Made by a program: the position numbers and the translations under genes. DNA of 64,000 nucleotides from NCBI GenBank assembly GCA_964534565.1, contig CAZHON010000001.1, forward strand, positions 390,532 through 454,531, read 5' to 3'. Each line of letters opens with the position of its first letter. Position 1 is the stretch's first letter. Shown here one piece after another: positions 43,529-55,000 of the stretch. This DNA is from an uncultured Candidatus Peribacteria bacterium. Lineage in GTDB: Bacteria; Patescibacteriota; Gracilibacteria; Peribacterales; Peribacteraceae. The notes under the pieces were generated by a model. It saw nothing but the letters and a program-made list of their open reading frames with translations, made no database searches and was not told the DNA's origin.

Positions 43529-45943
43529 ATGGCACGGTCCTATGACCCATCACAGGTGGAAGCTAAGTGGCAGAAAGAGTGGGAAGATGCGAAACTCTTC
43601 CAAACCGACCTGAAGGCAGCAAAGAAGCCGTTTTACAGCATGGTGATGTTTCCGTATCCAAGTGGAGACAAGCTGCACGTCGGTCACTGGTACAACTTCG
43701 CACCGGCCGACAGCTACAGCCGCTACATGCGCATGAAGGGGTATGACGTCTTCGAGCCCATGGGGTTTGATGCGTTCGGACTCCCTGCCGAGAACTATGC
43801 CATCAAGACGGGTGTGCCTCCCGCAGTCTCCATCAAGAAGAATGTCGAGACGATGATCGAGCAGCTCAAGAAGATTGGATGTATGTACGACTGGAGTCGC
43901 ACGTTGAATACGACAGATCCTTCGTACTATCGATGGACGCAGTGGTTATTCCTTCAAATGTTCAAACATGGGTTGGCCTATAAGAAAGATGGAAACGTCA
44001 ACTGGTGTCCGAAGGATCAAACCGTTCTTGCGCGTGAGCAGTGTCAGGATGGTGTGTGTGAACGTTGCGGAACTGCGGTCATTCAACTCCCATTGGCACA
44101 GTGGTACTGGAATATCACGAAGTATTCTCAACAATTGATTGATGGCCTCGATGGCTTAGATTGGCCAGAAAAAACAAAATTGATGCAACGAAACTGGATC
44201 GGGAAAAGTGAGGGAACGGAAGTGCATTTTGCAATCGATGGTTCAAAAGAAATCCTCAAAATTTTCACGACCCGAGTCGATACGCTCTACGGATGCACAT
44301 TTGTTGTCCTCGCTCCGGAAAATCCTCTCGTCGATATCATTACAACCAAAGAACATCGTTCATCCGTTGATGCCTATATTTCTCAAACACGAAAGAAGAC
44401 TGAATTGCAGAGAACAGATTTGAATAAAGATAAGACAGGTTCTTTCACCGGCGCATACGCAATCAATCCTGCAAATGGACACAAAGTACCGATTTGGATT
44501 GCAGACTTCGTTCTCGCCCACTACGGAACGGGTGCTGTGTTTGCCGATGCGCACGATGAACGTGATTTTGTATTCGCAAAGAAATATGGAATTCCATTGA
44601 AGCCCACGCTCAAGCCTGCAGACGGAAGAGACGACGCGGCGATTCGTGCATTGGAAGAATGTTTTACGGGAGATGGAATCCTGTACGACTCCGATCATTT
44701 CAGCGGTCTGCATTCTGCAGAGGCGCGAAAAAAGATTGCTGCTTGGCTCGAAGACAAAGAGGCTGGTCGGTTGGTGACTCAATACCGTCTCAAGGATTGG
44801 CTCATTTCACGCCAGCGCTACTGGGGCGCACCGATTCCGATCGTCTATGATCCAGAAGGAAAGGCACATCCCATTCCCGAGGAGCATCTTCCCTGGGTAC
44901 TTCCGACAGATGTAGAGTTTGCTCCAACAGGGGAAAGTCCTCTCAAGAAGAGTAAGGAATTCATTGAACGAACGGAGAAGATCTTTGGAAAGGGTTGGAC
45001 GCCTGAGTTCGATACAATGGATACATTTGTTTGTAGTAGCTTCTATTACCTTCGCTATCTCGCTGCAGGTGACGAGAAGCACCTCATCGATCCTACGATC
45101 AGCAAAAATTGGATGCCCGTCGATATGTACATCGGCGGTCCAGAGCACGCTTGCATGCACTTAATCTATGCACGTTTCGTCATGAAGGCACTTAAAGATT
45201 TTGGCTTCGTACAGGGCTCCGAGCCATTCCAGAAACTCATTCACCAAGGGCTCATTACCAATCAGGGTGCCAAGATGAGTAAGAGTAAAGGAAATGTGGT
45301 GAGCCCCGATAACTTTGTGACTCGCCATGGGTCCGATGTATTCCGCATGTATTTGATGTTCATGGGTCCATTCACCGATGGAGGGGATTGGAATGACACC
45401 GGAATCAAGGGTGTCGACCGTTTCGTGGAGAGGGTCTACAAGTTGATGACCGAAAAAGTGAATACCAAAGTAGTTCAAAGTAAATCGCTTCAGCAAGGGC
45501 TCCATAGAAGTATAAAGTCAGTTACTTCAAGCTTGGAAGCTCTTCATTTCAATACGGCGATCAGTGCGCTCATGGAGCTTCTCAACTTGATGGAAAAAGA
45601 GGAGGGGATTGATCCGGAAAGCGCCAAGACGTTCGTGCTCTTGCTCTCTCCACTCGCTCCGCACCTTTCCGAAGAGTTGTGGCATCAATTGGGAGGAGAA
45701 GGATTTGTAGTGACACAGTCGTGGCCTCTGTTCGATGAATCTCTCACCGTGTCCGATACAATGACGATTGCCGTTCAGGTGAATGGAAAGGTTCGTGCAG
45801 ACTTCAGCGTGTCTTCATCAGCAACAAAGGAAGACATTATTGCGCAGGCCAAAACACAGGAGAACGTCGTGAAATACCTGGAAGGGCAGACGATTAAGAA
45901 GGAGGTGTATGTACCGGGCAAACTTGTGAGCATCGTTTTATAA
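43529..45943 (+). CDS. leuS: Leucine--tRNA ligase
   Basis: ATG at 43529 ('MARSYDPSQVEAKWQKEW'); 'FPYPSGDKLHVGH'; 'KMSKSKGNVV'. Confidence 0.95.
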   Translation: MARSYDPSQVEAKWQKEWEDAKLFQTDLKAAKKPFYSMVMFPYPSGDKLHVGHWYNFAPADSYSRYMRMKGYDVFEPMGFDAFGLPAENYAIKTGVPPAVSIKKNVETMIEQLKKIGCMYDWSRTLNTTDPSYYRWTQWLFLQMFKHGLAYKKDGNVNWCPKDQTVLAREQCQDGVCERCGTAVIQLPLAQWYWNITKYSQQLIDGLDGLDWPEKTKLMQRNWIGKSEGTEVHFAIDGSKEILKIFTTRVDTLYGCTFVVLAPENPLVDIITTKEHRSSVDAYISQTRKKTELQRTDLNKDKTGSFTGAYAINPANGHKVPIWIADFVLAHYGTGAVFADAHDERDFVFAKKYGIPLKPTLKPADGRDDAAIRALEECFTGDGILYDSDHFSGLHSAEARKKIAAWLEDKEAGRLVTQYRLKDWLISRQRYWGAPIPIVYDPEGKAHPIPEEHLPWVLPTDVEFAPTGESPLKKSKEFIERTEKIFGKGWTPEFDTMDTFVCSSFYYLRYLAAGDEKHLIDPTISKNWMPVDMYIGGPEHACMHLIYARFVMKALKDFGFVQGSEPFQKLIHQGLITNQGAKMSKSKGNVVSPDNFVTRHGSDVFRMYLMFMGPFTDGGDWNDTGIKGVDRFVERVYKLMTEKVNTKVVQSKSLQQGLHRSIKSVTSSLEALHFNTAISALMELLNLMEKEEGIDPESAKTFVLLLSPLAPHLSEELWHQLGGEGFVVTQSWPLFDESLTVSDTMTIAVQVNGKVRADFSVSSSATKEDIIAQAKTQENVVKYLEGQTIKKEVYVPGKLVSIVL

Positions 45944-46339
45944 CTGTCCCAAGTCGTGCTTTTTATCCGTAATGATTTCTCGCAAGAAGGGAAGATTTTT
46001 GTGGGCATTGAATCCCGCCTTTCGTAAAGCCTCTTCGATCGCTTCAAATACCTTAAATCCGTTGCCGTTTGGATCTTTTGCAATACCTCCTGCAAGGGAT
46101 TCTGCAAGCTCACGATCAAAATCTGCAGTGGCCATCAATCTCAACATGATATCCAAATTATGTTCATCACTTCGCAATAAGTATCGAATGAATCCGATAA
46201 TTTCCACAATGCGCATCCGGGCTTGGGACATCGCTTCTTTTAATTTTTCTTGATCCGTTTTTCTTCCTTCTTTCCACCCCGAAAGCATAATGTCGGGTGC
46301 AGTGAGAATTCTTGGTGATTCTGATTCGTGATTGGTCAT
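45938..46339 (-). CDS. Hypothetical protein (helical), co-oriented 8 nt after the hydrolase gene
   Basis: 133-aa ORF. No family recognised. 6-nt convergent overlap with the leuS end. Confidence 0.5.
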   Translation of the reverse strand: MTNHESESPRILTAPDIMLSGWKEGRKTDQEKLKEAMSQARMRIVEIIGFIRYLLRSDEHNLDIMLRLMATADFDRELAESLAGGIAKDPNGNGFKVFEAIEEALRKAGFNAHKNLPFLREIITDKKHDLGQL

Positions 46340-46347
46340 AGAGATTT

Positions 46348-47175
46348 TTAGAAGCCGTTCGATGACGGCTCTTTCTGTACGACAGCAGCCGTACTGCGAG
46401 GCGCTGGAGCATAGGTCGATTTCACTCGCCAGCGCTCAATCAGCTCTGCCAATTTTTCGGTATGTGACAAATGAGTCCAATGGCCCGCACCGGGAAAGGT
46501 GTGCAGTGTTTTCTTTCGATCGGTAAGGATGGGACTGTTCCAAGGATCTTTGTCTCCTGCGACGGCAAAAATATCCGCTGCCGATTTGTCCTCAATTTCA
46601 GTCAACTTCGATTGCACAGCCTCCGGCTTTACTCCGCGCAGATCGTATTTCAAGATTCCGACTAAACGCAGACGACTGCTTGCATACGACTGGCTATGTC
46701 GTTTCAAAAAATCCGCATACATCTCATCGGTGAGTCCCGCACTTGTTTGTGCAACGAGGACATCTAACATTGCCAATTCATCCTTTGCACTCGGCACGCG
46801 GCGGATATCGTCGCGCTGAGGACACTGTCCGACGGGTGGATGAAGGAGAATCAACCGTTGAATTTGCGAATGAATTCCTTGTGCATTCAACTCAATCGCC
46901 AAGTTTCCTGCATGCAAAGTTCCGACCGAATGAGCAAGTACCTCTTCACATCCGTACTTCTTCGCGACATCTCCATACATTCCTCTCAACTCAGCTTCCC
47001 AGTTCTCGGGACGCTCTCTTGTTGCATGGAAAGGATTATTCACAATAATATTCGTTCCCTCGATCGAATTCGCAAGCGGAAGATAATCGTTCGGATAATC
47101 AAACATCGAACCTCCAATCATCAAACGAGTGGTTGTGTCGCCATTCTCGACAATGGTCGTTTCCACGCGATTCAT
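46348..47175 (-). CDS. Alpha/beta-fold hydrolase
   Basis: Nucleophile elbow 'LAHSVGT'; 'LILLHPP'; C-terminal 'GAGHWTHL'. Confidence 0.7.
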   Translation of the reverse strand: MNRVETTIVENGDTTTRLMIGGSMFDYPNDYLPLANSIEGTNIIVNNPFHATRERPENWEAELRGMYGDVAKKYGCEEVLAHSVGTLHAGNLAIELNAQGIHSQIQRLILLHPPVGQCPQRDDIRRVPSAKDELAMLDVLVAQTSAGLTDEMYADFLKRHSQSYASSRLRLVGILKYDLRGVKPEAVQSKLTEIEDKSAADIFAVAGDKDPWNSPILTDRKKTLHTFPGAGHWTHLSHTEKLAELIERWRVKSTYAPAPRSTAAVVQKEPSSNGF

Positions 47176-47242
47176 AGAGCATATTATAGAAATTTTTTAA
47201 AATTGGTCAATCTATGGCTTTCGAGAGCGCTACACACAACGT

Positions 47243-48679
47243 ATGCTTAGAAGGATGAACCAGGAACACCCCTTCGACCGGTACCGCGATTTTACGGACC
47301 TTTCTGCTCTCCTTGAAGCGAGTGGCAAACCGTTGCGTAAGTGTTTACGTGTTAACACGCTAAAGACAAGCATTGAGAAGGTTCAAAAGTGGGGAAAGGA
47401 GAGGGGATGGCAATTAACGGAGGTACCCTGGTGTCGAGAAGGATTCTTCGTTGAACGAGAGGATCGATCTCAGGCATTGGGCAAGGATCTCCTCCATTTG
47501 CTGGGCCACTTCTACATTCAGGAGGCCAGTTCCATGCTTCCGGTAAGTCTCCTCGATCCCAAACCCTGGGAAGTGGTGATGGATATGAGCGCTGCCCCAG
47601 GAAGTAAAACATCGCAGATGGCGGCGTGTATGGGCAACACAGGAATCATTGTGGCCAATGACATTCAGGAACATCGTCTCTGGACTCTCAAGACAGCTCT
47701 CCATCGCTTGGGTGTCATCAATACCATCATGACCAAGAAGGTGGGCCAGTGGTTTGCTCGTCACATGACAGAGAGGTTCGATGCCGTTCTGTGCGATGCT
47801 CCGTGCACTGCCCAAGGAACCATTCGAAAAGACAGCGATGCACTGAAGTATTGCTCCATGGACAACATCGAAAAAATGGCGCGACTGCAGGTACAGTTAC
47901 TGGAGTCCGCAATTCATTCCGCAAAAGTCGGAGGACGTATTGTGTACTCCACTTGCACGCTGACTCCGGAAGAAAATGAGGGCGTGGTATGGCAGATATT
48001 GAATACATTTTCAGATCAAGTTGAAGTAATAGAATCAGGGCTCTATGAAAAAGAGACATTTCAAAAAATGATTCAAGATTCCAAAGTAGTTCAGGCCTCG
48101 ATCGGCGTTCCGGAAGAGAAGATGTTCCCGTCCCTACGCGTCTGGCCACAGACGGCTGACAGCGAAGGGTTCTTTTCTGTCCTCTTCCGAAAGAAAGCCC
48201 CGACAAAAGATGTTATTTCGATGGAGCCCATCAGTTACCAGGAAACTCGACTTCCCGTTGCTCGTCAGAAGGATGTCGTTGCGAGTATGGAGCGTCAGTT
48301 CGGGACCTCATTTTTACAAGAAGGCGAAGTCTTGTTCCTGAAAGAAGATCAGTTGCTCGTCGCCCCACCTCAAATTGCAGATATTTTGCTTCCTCTCCAG
48401 GATTATTCGCTCGGATTGCCGTATGCCAAACAGCTTCCAGACAAGCGAGTGCGCATCACTCATGAGGTTTTGACCCTGCGTGGAGAGATGGCCACCAAGG
48501 CAAGGCACGATGTGAATCAGGAAAAAGTCGATAACCTATTGAAAGCCCAGGATATCGCGTGCGATCCATCACTGGACGGAGAGATGCTTTTGTATTTTGA
48601 AGGTATTTGTATTGGAAGGGGATTGGCTCGTCATGGAAAAATGAAAAATAATTTACCACGCACGATGATTCTTCAGTAG
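47243..48679 (+). CDS. RsmB/RsmF (NOL1/NOP2/Sun) family rRNA m5C methyltransferase
   Basis: 'VMDMSAAPGSKTSQMA', 'FDAVLCDAPCTAQGTIRKD', 'GGRIVYSTCTLTPEENE'. Confidence 0.9.
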   Translation: MLRRMNQEHPFDRYRDFTDLSALLEASGKPLRKCLRVNTLKTSIEKVQKWGKERGWQLTEVPWCREGFFVEREDRSQALGKDLLHLLGHFYIQEASSMLPVSLLDPKPWEVVMDMSAAPGSKTSQMAACMGNTGIIVANDIQEHRLWTLKTALHRLGVINTIMTKKVGQWFARHMTERFDAVLCDAPCTAQGTIRKDSDALKYCSMDNIEKMARLQVQLLESAIHSAKVGGRIVYSTCTLTPEENEGVVWQILNTFSDQVEVIESGLYEKETFQKMIQDSKVVQASIGVPEEKMFPSLRVWPQTADSEGFFSVLFRKKAPTKDVISMEPISYQETRLPVARQKDVVASMERQFGTSFLQEGEVLFLKEDQLLVAPPQIADILLPLQDYSLGLPYAKQLPDKRVRITHEVLTLRGEMATKARHDVNQEKVDNLLKAQDIACDPSLDGEMLLYFEGICIGRGLARHGKMKNNLPRTMILQ

Positions 48680-48698
48680 GTGTATACTGACGCACCCC

Positions 48699-50441
48699 AT
48701 GGACGAAGTATCTGAAATCAAAGCGCGCCTGCCCATTGAACAATTGGTCGGTCAGTACTGTCAATTGCAAAAGAAAGGCAGGTCTTTCGTCTGTCTGTGC
48801 CCGTTCCACAACGACAAGAAGCCCAGTTTGCTCGTGTCACCCGACAAAGGAATTGCGTACTGTTTTGCGTGCAGCAGCGGAGGAGATATTTTCAGTTTCT
48901 ACCAGAAAATTGAGCGTGTTGATTTCCCCCAAGCTTTGAAAGATTTGGCAGAACGAACCGGAGTGCAATTGCCGGATCGTCCCAAGGAGGAAATTCATAC
49001 GCGCGATGAAAAAGAGCGAGCGCGATTGTGTTTGGAAAAAGCGGTGACGTTCTATGCCAAGCAATTGCAAAGTTCGAAACCGATTCTCGATTACCTGCAA
49101 AAGAGGGGAGTGACGGACGAAGAAATTCAGACGTTCTCCATCGGCTTTGCGCCCGATTCATTCAGTGCGACGTACGATTATCTTTTGAAGAAGGGATTCA
49201 GCAGGTCGGACATTGTGTCTGCAGGACTCGCTATTCAAAAAGATTTGAAAGAGGAGCGTGCGTATGACCGTTTCCGTAATCGATTGATGTTCCCGATTCA
49301 CGATGCGCAAGGACGCATTGTCGGGTTCGGGGGACGCACCATGGGCAATGACGATGCCAAGTACATCAACTCTCCGGACGATGTTCTGTTTCATAAATCC
49401 CAAGTGCTCTTCAACGCGCACCGTGCCAAGGAAGCAATGCGTACAACGGAATCGGCAATGGTGGTCGAAGGATATTTCGATGTTCTTGCGGCAAGGAGAG
49501 TGGGGATCGAACAGGTCGTGGCAACATGCGGAACGGCGCTCACTCCCGATCACGCGAGACTGCTCAAGCGTGCAGTGAACCGTGTGCTCCTGTGTTTGGA
49601 TTCCGATCGTGCCGGTCGCGATGCCGCTGAGAGAGCATTCCTGCTCCTTGCTCCCGAAGGACTGGAAGTGCATGGAGTGGTGCTGCCAGATAAAGATCCT
49701 GCCGATATGGCTCAAACACAGCCTGAACTGTTGAAACAGATGTTGAATGATGGGGGAATTCCGTACATCGATCTCGTGCTTGAAGAATTGAAAGCCATGG
49801 ACTTGAGCAACAGTGCAGGCAAACGAAAGGCACTTGAGCGACTGCGTCCTTTACTGCAAGCACTCTCCACATCGGTGGAACGTGCTCACTATGTACGTAG
49901 CTCTGCAAGCGCTCTGCAGGTCACGGAAACCCAATTGGAAGATGATTTGCGAAGTGCCCTGCCACCGCGTCCCGTTGCACAACAGCCTGCGCCCGGTCTC
50001 AAGCCACATCCGTTTTCTCCCTGTGAAATCACGCTTGGAATTTTTCTCCTCTACCCGCAATTGAATTCTCTTCTGAGTGAACTCATTGCACCAGAAGAAG
50101 AATTCGCAGTTGCTCTGTACACAGCGCTGAAAAATTTGCCCGTAACCGCTGCGGGAGATGATGTGCTTTCCAAGCTCGACCTCAGTCAACCGCATCGTGA
50201 GCGAGCATCCATTTTACAGCTGTTCTGTGAGGAACACGGCTTTGGAACATGGTCAGAGTTAATGGCTCCGCGAGAAATTCGCAGCAACATCATTACGGCG
50301 AATCGTGAATTCCTTCACAAAAAGCAGTTGGACATTACGCAGAAGCTGCTGACCGCACAGCGCAGCGGCAAGAAAGCGGATGAAGAATTGCTTCGGACGC
50401 AGTACCAGCAGTTGCTCAAGCTCAGCGCCATGGCCAGGTAA
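48699..50441 (+). CDS. dnaG: DNA primase
   Basis: CHC2 zinc finger 'CLCPFHNDKKPSLLVSPDKGIAYCFACSSGGD'; 'FRNRLMFPIHDAQGRIVGFGGR'; Toprim 'VVEGYFDVL...CLDSDRAG'. Confidence 0.95.
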   Translation: MDEVSEIKARLPIEQLVGQYCQLQKKGRSFVCLCPFHNDKKPSLLVSPDKGIAYCFACSSGGDIFSFYQKIERVDFPQALKDLAERTGVQLPDRPKEEIHTRDEKERARLCLEKAVTFYAKQLQSSKPILDYLQKRGVTDEEIQTFSIGFAPDSFSATYDYLLKKGFSRSDIVSAGLAIQKDLKEERAYDRFRNRLMFPIHDAQGRIVGFGGRTMGNDDAKYINSPDDVLFHKSQVLFNAHRAKEAMRTTESAMVVEGYFDVLAARRVGIEQVVATCGTALTPDHARLLKRAVNRVLLCLDSDRAGRDAAERAFLLLAPEGLEVHGVVLPDKDPADMAQTQPELLKQMLNDGGIPYIDLVLEELKAMDLSNSAGKRKALERLRPLLQALSTSVERAHYVRSSASALQVTETQLEDDLRSALPPRPVAQQPAPGLKPHPFSPCEITLGIFLLYPQLNSLLSELIAPEEEFAVALYTALKNLPVTAAGDDVLSKLDLSQPHRERASILQLFCEEHGFGTWSELMAPREIRSNIITANREFLHKKQLDITQKLLTAQRSGKKADEELLRTQYQQLLKLSAMAR

Positions 50442-50518
50442 TGCCCTATTCTTCTCATATTTTTTGCTCTACTCTATGCACCTAGCGGGAGTAGAATATA
50501 CTCTCCAAACGTTTCCCT

Positions 50519-52009
50519 ATGGCTTCACACCCTCGAAAATTCATCGCGCAGCCTACCGACGACGACCTCAAGAAGTTTCCGGAGGCTGTAAAACATCTCA
50601 TTAAGAAAGGTCGCGAACAACGTTACGTGACCCACCAGGAAATCATCGCTGCCGTTCCGAACGCCGAAGAAGATGTCGATCTCCTCGACGAAATTTATAC
50701 ATTGTTCGTCGATCTTGGAATCGAAGTCATCGATGTGAAAGACGCTCTCATTTGGGAGAAGCGCGGACGCACCGCTTTGACCGTTCCTGAACCAACCGAA
50801 GATCTTACGGAAATCATTTCCGATGTTCCAGATTTGCCAGAAGGAGAAGACGATACGGGTGATGAGGCAGAAGAGAGTGTGGCAGAAACCCTCGATACCG
50901 AAGATGATGGAGAATTGATGCAGATGGTTGCGACGGCCGGTATTGCAAAAGACGAAACAGAAACCGCTCCAGGCGAAGAAGATAAGAAGAAGAAAAAGAA
51001 GGAGCGCGAAGTCGATCTTCTCGAAATCAGCAACGACTCCGTGCGCATGTACCTGTCTGAAATTGGACGCGTGCCATTGATCGATGCTCGCAAAGAAGTG
51101 GAGCTCGCTCGCCGTATTCGCAAGGGTGACGCAGGAGCCAAGCAACAGCTTGCCGAAGCGAACCTTCGTCTCGTCGTGTCCATCGCAAAGAAATATATCG
51201 GTCGCGGACTTTCATTCCTCGATTTGATTCAGGAAGGAAACATCGGTCTCTTCCGCGCCGTTGAAAAGTTCGACCCTGAACGCGGTTTCAAATTCTCCAC
51301 CTACGCAACGTGGTGGATCCGTCAGGCGATCACACGCGCTATCGCGGACCAGGCTCGCACCATCCGTATTCCTGTGCACATGGTCGAAACAATCAACAAA
51401 CTGACGCACACACAGCGCCGTTTGGTGCAGGAACTTGGTCGCGAACCAACGTTGGAAGAATTGGCAGTTGAAATGGAGATGGATATGAAGAAGGTGCAGC
51501 ACATTCAGAAAATCAGCCAAGATATCGTCTCTCTCGAGGCTCCTGTCGGTAGCGAAGAAGACAGCAAGCTGGGAGACTTCATCGAAGACGAAGAAGCAAT
51601 CAACCCATTCGAAGCGACCAACCGTCAGCTCAAGAAAGAGAACGTGCACGCAATGCTCGACTTCCTCACGCCACGTGAGCGCAAGATCATCGAAATGCGT
51701 TTCGGTTTGCGCGATGGAATCGGTCACACGCTCGAAGAGGTGGGAAAGGAATTCGGTGTCACACGCGAACGCATTCGTCAGATTGAAGCCAAGGTTTTGC
51801 AGAAAATGCGTGACCACCCCCGCTCGCTTACGATCCGCGAACACGGCAGTCTGCCAAAGCGTGTCGGATTCTCCTCCGCTTCATCGGGAGCATTTGTGCA
51901 GTCGAACATTTGTCCCAAGTGCCGTAAAGGAAAACTTGTCACACTCATGAAAGATGGTGTGAAGATGGATAAGTGCGATCGCTGCGCAGCAGAGTTCCGA
52001 AAGGAGTAA
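50519..52009 (+). CDS. rpoD: Primary RNA polymerase sigma-70 factor with a C-terminal zinc-ribbon-like extension
   Basis: '[14 protein letters not shown]', '[12 protein letters not shown]', '[54 protein letters not shown]', '[24 protein letters not shown]'. An extra tail carries 'CPKC...CDRC'. Confidence 0.93.
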   Translation: MASHPRKFIAQPTDDDLKKFPEAVKHLIKKGREQRYVTHQEIIAAVPNAEEDVDLLDEIYTLFVDLGIEVIDVKDALIWEKRGRTALTVPEPTEDLTEIISDVPDLPEGEDDTGDEAEESVAETLDTEDDGELMQMVATAGIAKDETETAPGEEDKKKKKKEREVDLLEISNDSVRMYLSEIGRVPLIDARKEVELARRIRKGDAGAKQQLAEANLRLVVSIAKKYIGRGLSFLDLIQEGNIGLFRAVEKFDPERGFKFSTYATWWIRQAITRAIADQARTIRIPVHMVETINKLTHTQRRLVQELGREPTLEELAVEMEMDMKKVQHIQKISQDIVSLEAPVGSEEDSKLGDFIEDEEAINPFEATNRQLKKENVHAMLDFLTPRERKIIEMRFGLRDGIGHTLEEVGKEFGVTRERIRQIEAKVLQKMRDHPRSLTIREHGSLPKRVGFSSASSGAFVQSNICPKCRKGKLVTLMKDGVKMDKCDRCAAEFRKE

Positions 52010-52019
52010 ACTGCGGTCC

Positions 52020-55000
52020 ATGCAGTCCTTCCAAGAGGAGTACCAACGTCTCAACGAAGCCCAAAAGAAGGCGGTGGATTCGATTGAAGGTCCCGTGATG
52101 GTTGTTGCAGGGCCGGGAACCGGAAAGACACAGGTCATCGCAATGCGCGTGGCCAGCATTTTGCAGAAAACGCAGATGCGCCCAGGAAATATTCTGTGTC
52201 TCACATTCTCCGTCAGTGGTGCAACCGCGATGCGGGAGCGCCTTCGCACATTCATTGGAGGAGAAGCGTACGGAGTGACGATTCGAAACTTTCACGGGTT
52301 TTGCAATGACCTCATCGGAGCGTACCCGGGTGTGTTTGAAGATTGGGAGGCGCTGGAACAGGTGAGTGACTTGGAGCGCTATCGCATCGTGAATACGATT
52401 ATCGATGGCATCATTACGAATTCAGAACTCTTGAATCAAAAATCTCCCTACATGCGAAGCCGGGAGATTATCGGGAAAATCAGTGAGGTGAAACGTGAAG
52501 GAAAGACGGTAGCAGACTTGCTTGCTGCAGCAGACAAATTTGACGAAGAAATGGCTACAAAGAGCCGTGAAGGCACGAAGATCCATGAGAAGAATTTGGC
52601 GACAGCACGCAAATTCCGCGAATTCATCACGATTTTTGAGGGGTACCAAAAGGCACTCAAGGAAAGCAATCGCTACGACTACGAGGACATGATTCTCTAC
52701 GTTATTGAAGCGCTGCAGAAAGAGGAGTGGCTATTGCAGCAGTTGCAAGAACGATATCAGTACATCTTAGTCGATGAGTTCCAAGACACGAACGGATCAC
52801 AGTACAAATTGCTCCAGCTTCTCACGCAGTACATTGCAGTAGATCACGAACCGAACCTGTTTGTTGTGGGTGATGATGATCAGGCGATTTACCGTTTCCA
52901 GGGGGCAAATCTCCAGAACATTTTGCAATTCCATACACGCTTTCCGAAAGCGGAGGTCATTGTGCTCACCGAGAACTATCGTTCCACGCAGCCGATTTTG
53001 GATGCAGCGACGAGACTCATTTCTCAGAATGCAGAACGACTTGTGAATCGTATGCCGAATCTTCAAAAGATTTTGCACTCGAATTCCAAAGAGAAAAAAC
53101 CGGAGCCAACCCTCGTGCGACCCGTGAGCGATACGGCCGAGTCTTGGATGATTGCAGACATCATTGCCGATGAGCTGAAGAAAGGCGCAGAACCACAAGA
53201 GATCGCCATTCTTGTCCAGAAGAACAGCGAACTTCTGCCGGTCTACGATGTGCTTCGCGCACGGGAAATTCCCGTTCAAATGACAGGCAAATTGGATTTG
53301 CTCCATCATCCGCTTGTTGCTCAGGTGGTCGCAATTCTCAAGGCGATCTTGGAACCCGGTGATAACGGACTCTTTGCCGCAGCACTCGCGTGTACATGTT
53401 TCGAGTGTCATCCGGCAGATCTTGGGCGCATTTTCTCCTTACAACGCGAAGAGAAAAAATCGGTGCGTGAGATTCTTCTTTCGTTCGATGAACCGGAAAG
53501 TGCCGCTTCCAAACTTGTTCTCGTGAACAAGGAAGCCGTTTTGAACGCACGAAACACCTTATTGGACCTCCATCAGAAGATTGATACGAGGACTGTCGTA
53601 GAGACCCTGGAACAGGCCCTCAAAACGACGGGGCTCCTGAAGATGGGCAAGGAGCACCCAAGCTTCGATCCCGTCGATTTTGCGGCATTGCAGGCCTTTT
53701 TTGACCGTATGAAATACAGGGCTTATGAACAGCCGACGTTCTCGCTGCGACAACTGCTTTCCGATATCGATCTCTATGAACGTCCTGAGTATGGCGATCT
53801 CCGCCTGTCCTTCTCGCTCCCACACCTGACCGAAGAAGGAGTGCAGCTGATGACGGCGCATCAAAGTAAGGGGCTGGAGTTCGATATGGTCATTCTTCCG
53901 AATTTTCGTGAAGGGCACTGGGACAAGCGTCGCACGCCGTCATCGATTTCGATTCCGGAACACCTGCTCTACGGATGGGAGAAAGAGGACCAGGCATTCG
54001 CCTCTTCGCAAGACGAACGACGTATTGCATTCGTTGCGATGACACGTGCGCGCAAAACGCTCATCTTCAGTTGTCCGAAAGAAGTGACGAACGCAGATAA
54101 GGCCCGAGAAGTCTCACCGTCGGGATTCTTTGCAGAAGCGGGCCCACTGCCCGAAGAAGACCGTGAGCTGAAGAATCCGGAAGACTGTGCTTTGCTCCTC
54201 ATAGAGCCAAAAATTGACCTTGATGAGGCGATGCGAGCTTTTTTGAAAGAGCGCTTGGAGCAGTACGCACTGTCTGTCACGGCACTCAATCATTTTCTCG
54301 AAGATCCACAAAAATTCCTGGAGTTGGACTTGCTCCAGATTCCTCAGACGAAAGAGTCGTCCTTGGTCTATGGAAACGCAGTGCACTTCGCGCTCAAGAG
54401 CTGGAGTCGAAGTGTGCAGGAAAACCAGCCGCTTTCCGAAGGAAAGTTTATCGCTGAGTTTGATTCGTATTTGGATGAACGCGAAGTGCTGACGAGCAAA
54501 GAACGAGAACGTTTGCGCGCACTCGGACACACGACACTTCCTGTGTACTACAACGAGCGACTTCTCACAGCTCCGATCGTGTACAAGTACGAGTGGCCGA
54601 TCAGTTGTGCGCTGGAAGATCCGTCCGATACAACCGGAGCTCGTATTCCTCTTAAAGGAATGTTGGATCGAGTCGATAGTGAGTCGCCTGACAGTGCAAT
54701 TGTGTCTGTGGTGGATTACAAAACTGGCCGACCACAAACGGAAGCACAGATCCGAAGCGGGGATTACCACAGACAGTTGGTCTTCTACGGCCTCCTGTTA
54801 CGTGAAGCGCAGCCTGCCCTGAAGCCAAAAACCTATACGCTCGATTTCGTCGGGGAGCGCGGAGAAGAGCCGATCGAACGCGTGTTTCAAATCAGTGCAA
54901 AAGAAATCGAAGATCTTGCTGAGCTCGTTCGAAAGGTGTGGCACAAAATTCAGGCGCTCGATTTCACTCCAGTTGAATTACCGAAGATCGATGAAATCGT

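Noticed and set aside
50461-50518. Sigma-70 promoter upstream of rpoD (TTGCTC ... TAGAAT/TATACT)
   Set aside because: The spacing between the best -35 and -10 candidates is 22 nt or lacks a -35. rpoD may be co-transcribed with dnaG.
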